A stretch of 64,000 nucleotides of DNA, taken from the NCBI GenBank assembly GCA_951406725.2, contig OX597817.1, positions 121,148,001 to 121,212,000 of the forward strand, written 5' to 3'. The stretch comes from Octopus vulgaris. Taxonomy: Eukaryota. Position numbers and translations under genes: made by a program. The notes beneath the pieces are model-generated. The model was given only the letters and a program-made list of their open reading frames with translations. It searched no databases and was not told the origin of the DNA. Positions 39,839 through 54,100 of the stretch are shown in pieces (the stretch's first letter is position 1; every line of letters starts with the position of its first letter).

Positions 39839-40731
39839 TTTGATTATAAAAAGAAAACAATTCACAATAAGCATTAACAAAATTGTAAAAAAAAATGGTA
39901 AAATGTAAATAAAGATAAAGATGCACAAATATCAGTTTGAAGGGAATTAGCACTTATCCTGCTAGAAACAGAAGTAAATTTCCTGCAATTTACATCCATC
40001 TTAAAAATAGAAAGGATGCATTGATAATGTAGTCTCAAAGAAAAATACAAGGATGGTCAAAGTGCTAATGTCATTGATAATAGGTTTGTTTGACCAAGGC
40101 TGATGTGAGCTTTAGCAAATACATCAAAAATTTGTCTTCCTTCATTTGCCAATGAAAATAATATTAGCCAACACCACATGATTATTAATCTTTAAATACG
40201 TAACTGTTATTATGAGTTAAATAAATGAATTATATGTATGTGGCCACCCAGTATGATAGAATTAGCAATCAAGCTTCATTCAAATTTACGATATCATGCT
40301 AACCATTTTAGGAAAAAAAAAATGATAAATGAATTCTACATTCATATCGATTATATTTTTTATCACTTAATGTCCACTTTTCCATGCTTGCAAGGGTCAG
40401 ATGGAATTCATTGAGAAAGACTTTCTATAGCCAGCTGCCCATCCTGTTGCTAACCTCCATGCAAGATTATATTTTCATACAAGATTATATTTACTCATGG
40501 CCATATATGTTTTTTAAGGAAGACTAGAAATGAACATTGGTTGTATGACTGATGCTCATTTACAACCATGCCAAGACAAGGGTACACACAAACACATTTA
40601 CACACACACACACACGCATACATATGATATACATGCATATATACATATGAGTGTGTGGTGTGTGTATGTGTGTGTATGCAGATGTATACAAATGTATGCA
40701 TACATACATAAATGTATATATGAAGTTGATC

Positions 40732-40790
40732 CAGTCTTTACTGATGAGGCAATGGAAATTGTAGAAACTGGCATCAGTATAAGGAATTCT
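40732..40790 (+). ncRNA. Hammerhead-like motif, copy 1 of a direct pair
   Basis: CTGATGA(40741)-g-gcaat(ggaa)attgt-a-GAAA-ctggc-ATC. Confidence 0.5.
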
Positions 40791-41093
40791 TGATCTGTGT
40801 TTTTCAGGCAATTATAGTCCCTATCAGTATATATATCTACAATAATGTTCTTTGACAACAGCATTAAAGTATTTTAGCTTTTGTTTCTAACAATGTAAGT
40901 GTATCTAATACCCTAGTCATATTCAGTGACAATTATGGTTTTCCTTTTTGGGTAAACATTGCATACTGCTATTCTTATTTATTTTATGTATACACATGAG
41001 TGATATTAGCAATTTGCTAAATCATACATAAATTCTTATGGTGTGAAGATAAATACTGATAGAAAATTAAGTCTGGAATCTATCGAGTGAAGT

Positions 41094-41150
41094 CAGTCTT
41101 TACTGATGAGGCAAAGGAAATTGCTGAAACTGATGTCAGTATAAAGAATT
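41094..41150 (+). ncRNA. Hammerhead-like motif, copy 2 of a direct pair
   Basis: CTGATGA(41103)-g-gcaa(aggaaa)ttgc-t-GAAA-c(tgat)-GTC; distal helix I tcttta/taaaga. Confidence 0.55.
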
Positions 41151-43076
41151 TATCGATTGGTGTTTACAGGTGATTATTTGTTTTAGGTCTCTATGTTTGA
41201 TTTTGAAATCCCACCAAAGTCATCTTGGCCTTTCATTCTACCAGGGTCAATAAAAATGTACCAGAACTAATAAAGTACTGGAGGCAATTTAATCAACTAC
41301 TAAGTGTAGCACCTTGGGTATCTTTTACTGTAGTTCCAATCTGACCAATGCCATGTGAGGAAATTTGTTAGATGGAAGTTACAGGAAGTCTATAATATGT
41401 ATGTATGTGTGTATTCATATGTGAATGTGTATTGTTGCTTATATATTCCACACTTGCTACTACTATGGCAAGGCAGTGTTGATTTCAACATTATAATTAG
41501 TTGCTGTATGCTTTCAAAGACTTCTGGATTAAAGTAATCCTTTATTTGAAAAGCATGTGTGCGATGGCAACATGAAGTGCATCCAGCTATAAAATCTTGC
41601 CTTAAATAAATCACCATCCAGACCCATGTAAGCACAGCAAAGAGAAAAAAAATGACATTAAACAAATGAACAAAATCAATAGCTTGTGTCCCTAAAGCAG
41701 TCCAACATTGCCATTAATTTTATTCTGGCGATTCCTGTGAAGACACTGGTGCAAAGTTGCATCAGGAGTCAGCCTTCCGTTGAACAACATTGGTGACATA
41801 AGGAGGTTAGATATGTTGCATGAGTAAAGACTGGTCTTCCATGCTACATTTCTCAGGCTTGTGGCTTGGTAAGGACAATTCAATGTCACCTCACTGTGCT
41901 TGGCAAACACAAATTTGAGCAAGATTTTCCAGATGATAATTTATGGCTACACAAAATCTACAGATGCCAAAGAAGACAATGATTTTTAATGACTGAGATT
42001 TCATGATTGTTTTGATACACATTTTACCTAGCAACAAACAGCAAGAAGGATGTTAAACTATTCCTATCTGATAATGTATACAAACGTATGAATTCATGAT
42101 ATCTGCATCATTTGATCTTGTGAACAAAGATCATAAATTTGTAGTTTCAAAGGAAGATTAGCAGATAAGAAAACAAACTAAAAATTTTCTTTTTCCTTAC
42201 AATTGTATGTGACTCATAATAAAATTTCTTTCCAAATTGTAATTTTTAATTTCTGTTTATTTTAATTTTTCATTTGTGTTTCTTTAACAAATATACTAAA
42301 AAATCTTGATGTTTTATGCATCTATGTTCAAACATAAATTCAACACATCCAGTCTCTTACAGCACTGATACTATGGTAACATCTATTGCCAATTTAACAC
42401 TGGATGACAAAATTTCTTTAAGGAAGAATTCAAATTTAGTTTAAAAAACAAATAATAGATTAACAAAATATAAAACTTAGACCGTGCTCCTTCACCTGAA
42501 AGCAGTGAAAATTAGATTTATAATGTACCTATTTATAGCTCATTAAATTAGGTCACTGGTATATATATCTTTGCTAGGGATATAACACAACATTAGCAAC
42601 AAGCTATGAGCCATCAATGTTTCTGCCATGAGACTGATATTTGATCTCAAAGTTAAAACAACTGAACAACAGTAGAAGCTGTCAGTTAAACAGAATTACA
42701 CTGCAAATAGTGGCAATTTAGCTTTGAGCCATTATTCTGTCTGTTACATGGTGATATCCGTCACAAAAGGACGAAGAAGAAAATGAAAATTGAAGTTAAA
42801 ACCCTGGTGAAAAACCACTGAAGGTAAGTTGTAATGTTAACACATTACTGTAACACAAACTTTATTGATTCAGATATCATCTGATATTGACATGAAATTT
42901 GCATTTCTACAACATATTTGCTGGAGGTGTTAGGTATTTTCTCTCCTTTTCTCTCTGGAGATTGAATAGCGTTTCATTGATAAAAGCTCTCTTACAATAG
43001 AACTCTACCAAAAGAAAAAAAAAAGCACAAAGCAAAGAAGAAAAAAACCAAGAATGTTTATTTGCATTAATTCATC

Positions 43077-43128
<52 letters not shown>

Positions 43129-43183
43129 TACTAAAAGATAACAACTAGATCTCAGCTTAGTGTATGTGTATGTGTATGTATAT

Positions 43184-43249
<66 letters not shown>

Positions 43250-43250
43250 T

Positions 43251-43308
<58 letters not shown>

Positions 43309-43340
43309 CATATATACATATATGTATGCGTGTGCGTATA
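43077..43340. repeat. (ATT)n and (TA)n microsatellites
   Basis: Direct reading. Confidence 0.95.
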
Positions 43341-43812
43341 AAATAAAAAGAAAATAGCACAAGCAATTAAACAAATAATATAAAAAAAAAGGAAAGAAGA
43401 AAAACCAAGACAAGAACTGAAAGCAAATACTGAATTGAATCAACATAGAATCTATGAGTTTTCTATTGTTTGCAAATGTGTTTTTATTATCTCTCAAATC
43501 ATTCATTTGTTGTTTGCAAATAAAGTAATTACTTTGACAACCACAAAAATATTCGCCCCCAAGTAAGATGTCTACAGCTGGATAACCATTAATCAGAGGT
43601 AGGAGGAAATTATTGATTTATTTTCTATGGAAATATTTTTGAATTACAATGATTTATTCTCTGACTTCAATGCCTTTTCTCAATAGTTATTTTTATTTTT
43701 ATCTATTTAATTATTTTTTTTTTACTACTTCCTTTTCTTTTAAATTTCAGTTTACCTTCTTGTTCCCTAAACCTCTCATATATATATATGTTACTTGTAT
43801 ATATATATATAT

Positions 43813-43862
<50 letters not shown>

Positions 43863-45225
43863 GTATATGTGTATATGCATATATATGTCTGTGTGTATGT
43901 ATATTTATATTTATATATATATATATATATATATTTGTATGTGTGTGTGTGTAATCATCATTTTACAATATCAGTGTGCTCTGTATGTTCATTGTCATGC
44001 ATCAACATGCTAATTCTTTATATTTAAAATATTAAATGTGGATTTCATGCTTCTTGTTCTTGTAATGTACACCTAAACTCTTTTTGAACATGCATACAAT
44101 AGCAGCTTAAAGAAAATTAAGCTAAAATCTTCAGGCAGATTTATTGTGAGGACAAGCAAATATATTTCTGAAAAAAAAAGCTGTCTTTATAGAAACTTTA
44201 ACACACACACACACACACAGCACAAAAATGCCCACCACCATCATGAAAAAATATAGGGAAGTAGTTGATATATAATATTTTTTAGAAGATTTATGAATTC
44301 TTTATTTGTATTTCATACAACAAACTATATGAATGGACATATATATATTTGTATTTCTCTCTGTATCTTCAGTGCATTTGCTTTATATTTTAACAGATAG
44401 GTAGCTGTTTACAATAAAGAGATTGGAATTTTCACAATGTGGCCAAAAAGAAATAGTAACAACAACAAAAATGCATATTCAAGTGCAACTGTAATAATAC
44501 AGAGAGAAAGAGAGAGACTGACAGAGAGAGAAAAAATAACAAGCAAAATAAATAAAGAAACTATCTATTCTTTCAGATTAAATAATCCAAGAATATTCAC
44601 ACTGAAAATAATGTCCACAGCAATAACCAAACAAGTTTCTTCATAAATATCCTGCAACCTAGAAAAACAGTTTTCTGAACAAAGATATTTGAAAACTAAT
44701 TCCTTAAGTCAATGGCAAACTGCTTTGGTTGAAAAACAAATTATTGTCTTTTGTATATAAATACAAATAAGGAAAGAGATATTTCAAGAGTTTTTGTTGT
44801 TTTATTTTTTTTGGTGTTTTTTTTTGGTGTTTTTGTTTTTAATTTTTTCCTTTCATGATGCTTTATGAAATGAAGATTAATATTTTATATTTGATAAGTT
44901 CTTTTGTGTAAGTTAGTCATCGAGTTTCATTATCGCAGTAGGAGAAACATGGTAAATTGTCCCAGTGCTTAATGATAAATATATCATCATCATCATCATT
45001 ATTATTCATTTATTTCTGATATTGCGTTATAGCTAATGTTTTGTCTTTATAGCTATATGAATGCACAAATTGAAAATCAGAAAAAAAATGTGGTTAAAAA
45101 AGATAATTGCAAGAGAACTATGCAAAGAAAGACATGAATCCTTCCTTGCTGCTTATTTCTTATTTCTTATAAACACATAAAGGAGGGAGATTCTCATTTT
45201 CCATTTTTTTCCTTATTGAATTCAA

Positions 45226-46045
45226 AGAATCATTAGAGCAACATTGTAATATTTTGTCTGATTGTTTATGATCTGAGTTCAAATTTCACCAAAATCAACT
45301 TTCCCTTTCATCTTTCTGGGGTTGATGAAATAAAATATCAGTCAAGTAATGTGGTTAAAATTATCAACAGACCACTGCCCTCGAAATTTCAGGCCTTGTG
45401 CCAATGTAAGAAATTATTAAGGACAGTAGATTTGTAGAATGGTTCAGTGTCAGGAAAAAATATCTTATAGTATTTACGTTCTAAGTTCATATCCTGCTGA
45501 GGTAGATTTTGCCTTTCATCCTTTCAGGATCAATAAAATAAGTATGAGTTGAGCACTGGAGCTGATGCAATAAATTAGCCCCCATGCCCCAAAATTTGGG
45601 GCCTTTTGCTTATAGTAGAAAGGATTCTTATTATTAGGACAGCAAGCTGTCAGAATTGTCAGAGCTGAGTGGTATTCATTGTAGCACTTTACATTTTGAG
45701 TTCAAATCCTATCAAAGTGAACTTTGCTCTTCATCTCTCATGGTTTAATGAAAAATAGTACCAGTTTGGTACTGGGGTTGATGTGATCAACTAACTCACT
45801 CCCTTCAAAACTATAGGCTTTGTGTCTAAATTAGAATGAATTATTATTCTTAGAGCAGTTGATTGGCAAAATTATTAAAGTATTGGAGAGAATTCTTCCA
45901 GCTCTTTACATTCTTACCAGATCTTACCAATGTCAATTTTACCTTTCATGCCTCTGAGGTTAATAAAACAAAGTACCATTTAAATACTGGAGTCAATGTA
46001 TTTGATTAACCACATTACCCTCAAAATATAAGAAACATTATTATT
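45226..46045 (+). mobile_element. Head-to-tail array of four diverged SINE B copies
   Basis: Core ctttcatc...aataaaa..agtacc repeated about every 200-215 bp, units separated by ttatta. Confidence 0.8.
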
Positions 46046-46956
46046 AACCACAGACAGCAAGTAAAGGGATAAAATAAAGTTTCTGTAAATGTTAGATTTT
46101 GCTTTTGTGCTTTTGGTATATTTCTTTCTCATGTGAGCATATAGGTGCCACAGCATTGTAAAATATACAAGTCACCAAAGCTGCAAATGCTTTTAGTTAT
46201 AGTCTGCTCAGTCAAAGATAATTAGGGGCTACACAACAAAACAACAACACCTTACATGGGTAGGTTTTCTCACTCATTTACTAAATTCTGCAAACTGTGG
46301 CATGGCCTGCTTATGTTTACAAAGAGCATGAATAATGAAATCAACAGAATCAGTTTTCAAGTATATGAGTGTGTGTGTATTCATATGTGATTGATGAAAG
46401 AAACATTTATCCAAAATTTCAGACTTGACAATTTTTCAACAACAAATATTCACTACTTTGCCAGACAACAAAAAAATTTCAAATAAATAACTGTCACTTT
46501 TTGCATCAAAAGTTAAAAATTTTAAATAAGCAAAACAATTAGAAAATATCTATTTAAATGCTAGTATTTAGACAGATGTTTTCAAATAGTTTATTCATCT
46601 GAAATTTTTGATTTCTTCTAGAGAAATGATGATTTAAAAAAAAAATTCTTTTTATCTGAAACTTAAGCACACATATGCACATGTATAAACACATGCACGT
46701 GCACACAGACACACACACACACTCATTTAATAACAGTTTGATTCAGCTTCATATTAGTCAAGGCTTTTATGGACATAGAAGACATCCAGATCTGATGATG
46801 TTGGCACATTCTACAGCCACAGAACTTGAAGTAATGTGGAGCTGATTGAAGGATATTCAGTTATCATTAAATACATAAAAACATAATTAAATGTGCTGAG
46901 TGATACTGTCTTTCATTTGTCCACTCACTCATATGAACATAAATATATACATATCA

Positions 46957-46987
<31 letters not shown>

Positions 46988-47125
46988 GTTGGCATTAGGA
47001 AGTGCATCCAGCCATAGAAACACTGCCAGATCAGACTGGGCCTGAAGCAGCTTTCTGGCTTCACAGACCCCAGTTGAACTGTCCAACCCATGCTAGCATG
47101 GAAAGCGGACGTTAAATGATGATGA
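46988..47125 (+). mobile_element. SINE family C 3' fragment
   Basis: Closely similar to 58360-58505. Confidence 0.85.
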
Positions 47126-47373
47126 TATATGCATGTATGTGCACTTGTATATATGCATATATATCCTTTAATTTTGTTCGCAGGAAACGTTTTGAATATG
47201 CATATAAAAACTCCTATTCTGTTATGCTAGCTACAGCCTAACGATGCCAACTAGTGATACCAGTTTTTTGGGGCTGCACTGAGCTGTGCCCATATAATGT
47301 AGGATAAATATAGTTATAACAATGGTAATCCTTGAATTCCATCCAAGGATTATTATTGTTATTACTATATAGA

Positions 47374-48272
47374 CAGGGTGTGATGGGTAAATTGTTGCCA
47401 TTTTATATTTCTAATTTCATGCATGTGCATTGTTTGTCTTTGATTTTGTTGAGTGCACAGTATAGTAGGGTCAGTTGGGCACCGTCTGTGAGAAAAACAG
47501 CACCATGATGCAATTCACTTGCCAGAAAGTTGGAAGCATCATGCTGTACTGCTTGGCATTCACACTGGAAGCTCCAATATGAGCATTTCAGAGTGTTTGG
47601 GTGTCGATCTGAGGACAGTGCAATCTGATGACAGTGCAAGCTGAGGACATGTACTGAGAGTGATAACAATCAAACATCCAGTCAACGTCATGGTGTTAGA
47701 AGTGAACACTAGTGATGGTGATGTTATGCTACCATTCATCTCCTCACACGGCCTCAGCACTGGGGCCTACATCAAGAGCCTGGAGGAAATAGTGCTGCCC
47801 TGGGTGAAGTGAGTGGTTGCTGGAAGACCTTATGTCTAACAACAGGACTCTGCACCATGTCACACAAGCAGGAGAACCCAGTCATAGCTTTCAGACAATT
47901 TCTGAAGCTACACCACACCTAACATCTGACCATGTAACTCCCCAGACTGTAACTGCTTCGATTATTATGTGTGGGGCATACATTGAGTGAGAGACCAATA
48001 AAACAACTTGTAACACCAGAAATGAACTGAAGGCAAGGATTATAGCAGCATTCTCCAAATTAAATAAGGAAACCGTTCAGAAGAGTTGCAGGAGATTCTG
48101 AAATCGTCTTGAGGCCATAGTTTAAGCCAATGGCAATTTTGTTGAATAAATTTACCATTTAGCATTTCAAGATAATTTTATATAATTTTGGTAAACATAT
48201 CTGTTGAAATGAGGTGTCAGTGTTATTTTCATTTTTGCATAATTTAGATGACAGTTTATTCACTGCACCCTG
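47374..48272 (+). mobile_element. Internally deleted Tc1/mariner DD37D (maT-type) transposon with TIRs
   Basis: TIRs cagggtgtgatgggtaaattgt / acagtttattcactgcaccctg|ta; transposase relic QQDSAPCHTSRRTQS*LSDNF...NSPDCNCFDYYVWG with 37 residues between the last two catalytic D. Confidence 0.85.
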
Positions 48273-49170
48273 TATATATATGTATTATATCATTTGTGTA
48301 CATACAGATGTACAAATGTATTGTTATATTTACAACTCCAGGTAGACTACCATCATCTCGTTTGCTTCCAGTACAGTGGTTAAGGAACTACTATACTTAT
48401 TACTATTACTTGTTATGAACAGGCGGCAGAGGCATTTTGTCCATCTTTATGTTCTTAGTTCAAATTCTGCTGAAGCTGACTTTGCCCTTCATCCTTTTGG
48501 AATCAAAAAAATATGTACCAAGTGAGTACGTGGGGCCGATGTAATTGACCTACCCCCTCTCCCAAAATTGCTGGCCTTGTGCTAATATTTGAAGTTGATA
48601 TTATTTGTTATGATGATATATGGAGCAAATGAGCAAAAGAAAAAATGTTGGAGAAATGGTGAAATGCACATAGAGACAAATAACATAAACTTGTGTCTTA
48701 ATGTAATTTCTCTTAAATATATATATGTATGTGTAAGTGTGTGTGTGTGTGTATATTGTTGATGGTTCTTTTCCAAAATTTCAGTCTACTTAATCGACAT
48801 GTTAGGCTTTTGTCATGCTATGATTATGGAAGAAAACAAGGTAAAAATTCATCTACCGATGTGTCACGGGGTAGAATTGAACCTGGTTCTTTGTAATTGT
48901 AAAGTGAACTTTCTAACCCCACAGTCAACTCTACACCCCATGTATAAAATACTATAACAACATCATTCATATTGGTCAGTTGTCTTCTCTCATTGTAACT
49001 ATTACAGACAGACCAAATTAATCTGCTTTCCACTATGTTTGATACTGAAGAAAATATTGTTCAAATCTATGTGACTATTTATTCCAAGTAAGAGAACCAA
49101 TTGTGTTTATTATAAAAAGCAGAGGTGCTGGTGGTGGAGGTGCTATGGAGAATTTATTCATTTCCAGTGG

Positions 49171-49223
<53 letters not shown>

Positions 49224-49727
49224 CATCATCATCATCACCATCATTGTTGTTGTTGTTATTGTTAATGTTTTTATTCTCCTCATTCCCATCCACTTGTTCT
49301 AATCTCTGCTTTAGTTTGATATATATATATATATATATACGCATATACACACACATCTATATACTTTTATATATGTATATATATATACAAACACACACAC
49401 ACTCATATCCATATATGTGTATACACATACACACACACACACATATCAATATATGTATATATATAATATATATATAAAGTAAGATGAATAGAGATTTAGA
49501 TAGAATGAACAAGAAGATTATGAGATTATTTGAATTATTCATAAAAAGAGTAGAAAAAGCATCCTTTTATTTTCAAAAGAGACAGAAATTAGAGAATTTA
49601 TCTGAATTTTAGGATGGTGTTGGTAAACAGAATAGCAATGTTAATATTAAATGAATAAAATTATGAGAAACAAGAATAGAAAACCTGATCCTGGTATTGA
49701 TAATAATCATGAATATTATATTGCCTG

Positions 49728-50052
49728 TGAAGGTGCGTGGCTTAGTGGTTTGGGCATTCGGCTCACGATTGTAAGGTCGTGAGTTCGATTCCTGGCGACG
49801 TGTTGTATCCTTGAGCAAGACACTTTATTTCACGTTGCTCCAGTCCACTCAGCTGGCAAAAATGAGTTGTACCTGTATTTCAAAAGGGCCGGCCTTGTCA
49901 CACTTTGTGTCACGCTGAATCTCCCTGAGAACTACGTTAGGGGTATGTGTGTCTGTGGATTGCTCAGTCACTTGCATGTTAATTTCATGAGCAGGCTGTT
50001 CCATTGATCATATCAGCTGGGACCCTCGTTGTTGTAACCGACGGAGTGCTCC
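49728..50052 (+). mobile_element. tRNA-derived SINE family F, well preserved
   Basis: A-box tggcttagtgg, B-box gagttcgattcc, then tccttgagcaagacact...ttgctccagtccactcagctg core. Confidence 0.85.
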
Positions 50053-50279
50053 TTTATATATCCTAACAAATTTTAATGTTTTTTATTGGTTTCGTCTGAA
50101 GGAAGGTGCTGCACTCATCCATACCTTTTTAGCATGCCTTCCTAGATCAGTGAGGTTCAAGTGGTTAACGTTCTGCCAAAATTGTACCAATTTCACAGTT
50201 ACAAGAAAGTAATATGCAACATCATTGTTCTTCTCATTTAAAAGTCTTACATTAGGTGAACTGCTTACTGGTATTTCAT

Positions 50280-51215
50280 CCATCTTTATGTTCTGAGTTC
50301 AAATTCTACTGCGTTGACTTTGCCTTTCATCTTTTCAAGGTTGATAAAATCAGTGTCAGCTGAGCACTGGGGTTGATGTAATTGACTTACAACCTGTCTT
50401 GAAATTGCTGGCTTTGTGTCAAGATTTGAAACTAATATTTTTTTCTTCTCTTTCATATCAGTGCAGGCGTAGTTGTGTGGCAAAAATTATGCTTCCAATT
50501 ACATGGTTCTGGGTTCAGTCCCACTTCGTAGCACCTTGTGTAAGCATCTTCAATTATATCCCCAGAATGCTTAAATCCTTGTGAGTGCATTTGGGAGACA
50601 GAAACTGGAAGAAACCTGTTGTGTTTATGTATATAAATATGTGTGTGTGTGTGTGTGTGTCATTGTGCATGAATGTGTGTGTGTGTGTGTGTCATTGTGC
50701 ATGCATGTGTGTGTGTGTGTATCTATAAGGCAGTGTTCCAGCATGGTCACAGTTCAACGAGTAAAACAAATAAAAAAAAAGATAAAGGAGAGTTTCATAT
50801 AACCCATGCAAGCATAGAAGAGTGGATGTTAAAATGAAATGATATTGAATTCATAGGTACAAGCATGGCTGTGGTAAGAAGTTTGCTTTTCAGCCACATG
50901 GTTCCCGGTTCAGTCCCACTTCGTGGCACCTTGGGCAAGTGTCTTCTACTATAGCTTTGGGCCGATTTGTGAGTGGAATTGGTAGATAGAAACTGGAAGA
51001 AGCCTATCATATGTGTGTGTGTGTGTCCTCCCATCACTGCTTGACAACCGGTGTTGGTGTGTTTATGCCCCTGTAACTTAGCAGTTAAACAAAAGAGGCC
51101 AATAGAATAAGTACTAGGCTTAAAAAAATAAGTTCCAGAGTCAATTTGTCTGATTAAAACCCTTCAAAGCAGTACTCCAACATGGCCACAGTCAAATGAC
51201 TGAAATGAGTAAAGG
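50280..51215 (+). mobile_element. Cluster: SINE B fragment plus two SINE A copies
   Basis: B at 50280-50435; A at ~50463-50775 and ~50855-51215. Confidence 0.8.
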
Positions 51216-51336
51216 AAAGGAAGAAAGGAATAAAAAGACCAATAATTTCCATAAGTATAATTATTGGAGTAGCAAACAGGATCTCTAGCAGTAATTGTTC
51301 TGGCTTACTGAAGTCTGAAATCTTAGTAGATCATAA

Positions 51337-51558
51337 CCCTTTAGTATTTAGGTTATTCTATCAAGGGTAATGCATATTCTTTTTGCATTGATTTTAATTT
51401 ACTCTGTATTATCTTGTAGCTTTGTGATTTTGATTAAGTGACTGTATATGTTTTTAACTAACATTGTACGGTATGTGTGGGAGGCTGGGTCTGGTCAGTT
51501 TGGACATAAAACAGGAATAATATTTTGGCCGGATATGGTTGGATTAAATGTTAAAGGG
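51337..51558. mobile_element. piggyBac-like MITE
   Basis: Ends ccctttagtattta / taaatgttaaaggg with TTAA-like flanks (ataa / tcaa). Confidence 0.5.
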
Positions 51559-51822
51559 TCAAACCCTTGTCTAGTTTACCACCACTAACTAGTCTTTGGG
51601 AGCTTTTAAATTAGGTCTATTCTCTTGCAAGCATTTGAGCTAGGTCTCTGGTTTATGAATAACTTTTTCCCAACAATTTCAGAAACACAGAAAAGAAATA
51701 AAATCCCTCTTTAATGGTCAAAAAAAAAAAGTGCGAAACGCTGTGAGAAGTGAAGAAGCTAACATCTTGGACTGGGCCCTTACAATTTATCTGAAAATGA
51801 GGATGATAGAAACAGATAGAAA

Positions 51823-52055
51823 AAGGTGGCAAGCTGGCAGAAATGTTAGTGCACCAGGCAAAATGCTAAGTGATATTTCGTCTGCCGTTACATTCTGAGT
51901 TCAAATTCCGCCAAGGTCGACTTTGCCTTTCATCCTTTTGGGGTTGATAAATAAAGTACCAGTTATGCATGTGGTCGATGCAGTCGACTTAATCTCTTTG
52001 TCTGTCCTTGTTTGTCCCCTCTATGTTTAGCCCTTTGTGGGCAATAAAGAAATAA
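51823..52055 (+). mobile_element. SINE family B
   Basis: Closely similar to 35993-36225. Confidence 0.9.
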
Positions 52056-53199
52056 GAAACAGTGGATTTTTTGCAACTTACGACCAAAATAACAACATCA
52101 CTGTTACTCTCTTCTTCATTCTCAAAGAGTGAGGGTCCTAAATGTTAGATATTTCTTCACCCATTATTAATTCAAACGAAATGTTAACAGACTTCTTCTA
52201 TTAGTAGTATTAATGTTGTTGTACCACTCGTTATTTGTAACTGAGCATACCTATGATTAAAATAATTTGTGAGAGACTTGGCTGCTATTTCTGCTGAATT
52301 AAATGAGTACATACAGGCTCTCTTTCATTGTTATTTAGGCTCAAGTATAACTCTGATGAAAGGCATTCCACCCATGACCACCCCATTGTATCTATTTAAG
52401 ACTACATTGTTGGTGTTAGGAAGAGCATCCAGTAGTAGAAACCATGCCATAGCAGAAATTGGAATATGCTGCAGTCCTTCACTCATTGTATCCTTGTCAA
52501 ACCATCCAACCCATGTTACCATGGATATTAGATGATGATGATGATAATGGTGGTGGTGGTGGTGATGAGGATGATGATGATGATGATATTACCCAATATA
52601 ACTTTCCCCCCACCTTTTTTTTTAAGACAGTTAGGTCTTGATTCAAGATATATTTCACTGCTATTTCTTGCAGGACAAGCATGAGCTAATGAACGACTGT
52701 GTACATGACCACTCAACCTCATAAAAGTAACAACCAAATTTCTCACAAATCACTTTGATCATAGGTCTGTGCAATCAAAGACGACAGGAGGCTAAGCAAA
52801 CATAGCAGCACCGAGAAAAGTCTATTAACATTGGTTTTGAATCCATGCTGATAGAATGCATAGCGTGAAGAATGGCGAAGCGAAAATGAGAACAAGACAG
52901 GGGTTCCCAAGAGATCTAGTTCTCAAGAAGAAGGAGTGAATATTTGATTTTAGTACAGAGCAAAATTTTATTATTTTTTAATGTACTCTTAGGTTAAGAT
53001 TATTCTAATATATGTAACCATTTTTCATTTATTCCATAATTTATTCTGAGGATTTTGTCTTCATCATTCTCATTCGTTTGAACTGTTTCAAATTTCTGTG
53101 CTAACTTTCCTCCATCCACACAAATAATAAACACACTTAAAATACACTTTGAACCTGGTTCAAAATTTTGAATTGATTTTAAACAAAAAAGAAACAATC

Positions 53200-53230
53200 A
53201 AATAATAATAATCATGATAATAAAAATAAA

Positions 53231-53264
<34 letters not shown>

Positions 53265-53885
53265 TGATGATGATGATGATGATGATGATGAATAAATGTA
53301 TGAGATAGTGCATGGAAAGGGGAGAAATTTGATATATTTTAATCTATTTAGAATAAAAAAAACTATAAATTTGAGGCCTTGAAATTTGAAAAAAAAATAT
53401 ATATATAAATAAAAGGAAATTATATATAAAAGAAAACCAGAAAGAAATAAAACCTTGGAAACATATCATCTAGTTCTATCCAATTCTGTAGCTCTTTATT
53501 GATATAATTGATTTATTGGTTTGCTGAAGTGAGGAATATGCGAAGGAAAGTTGTGGGAGCAATGCTGAAATTCATCACGAATATATATATATATTATATA
53601 TATTATAAGTTATATATATATATACACATATATATGCATGTATGTATGTATAAACATATATTTATACATACATATATATGCATGTATGTATGTATAAATA
53701 TATATATAGATACATACATATATATGCATGTATAAATATATATATATATACACACATATGACCAGACACATGTATGTATTAACCATATATATCTATATAA
53801 ATATATATATACATTTATATCTATTTCTATCAGTGTATCTATCTATATCTATCTATCCATCTACTTATCTATCTATCTATTGATC

Positions 53886-53930
<45 letters not shown>

Positions 53931-54100
53931 ATATTATGTATGTATGTGTGCATGTATATATATATATACACACACACATATATACATGCACATATATATA
54001 TATATATATATATATCTATTTATTTGTGTGTGCGTATGTTAGCATTTATGTATAATGTGAATATAAACACCTACACGTACAAATATATATACACATACTT
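53200..54100. repeat. (AAT)n/(GAT)n and (TA)n/(CTAT)n/(GTAT)n microsatellite field
   Basis: Direct reading. Confidence 0.85.

Noticed and set aside
41692-41922. 76-aa ORF in unique sequence
   Set aside because: No recognisable motif and no convincing splice sites
42722-42823. Exon ending at strong donor aag|gtaagt
   Set aside because: All three frames contain stops before the donor and the acceptor is weak
47232-47278. cagcc-taacga...ggctg possible hammerhead
   Set aside because: Core mutated (CTAACGA) and no GAAA; not distinguishable from chance
49728-49800. tRNA gene
   Set aside because: A/B boxes are present but there is no clean cloverleaf, and it continues into a SINE body
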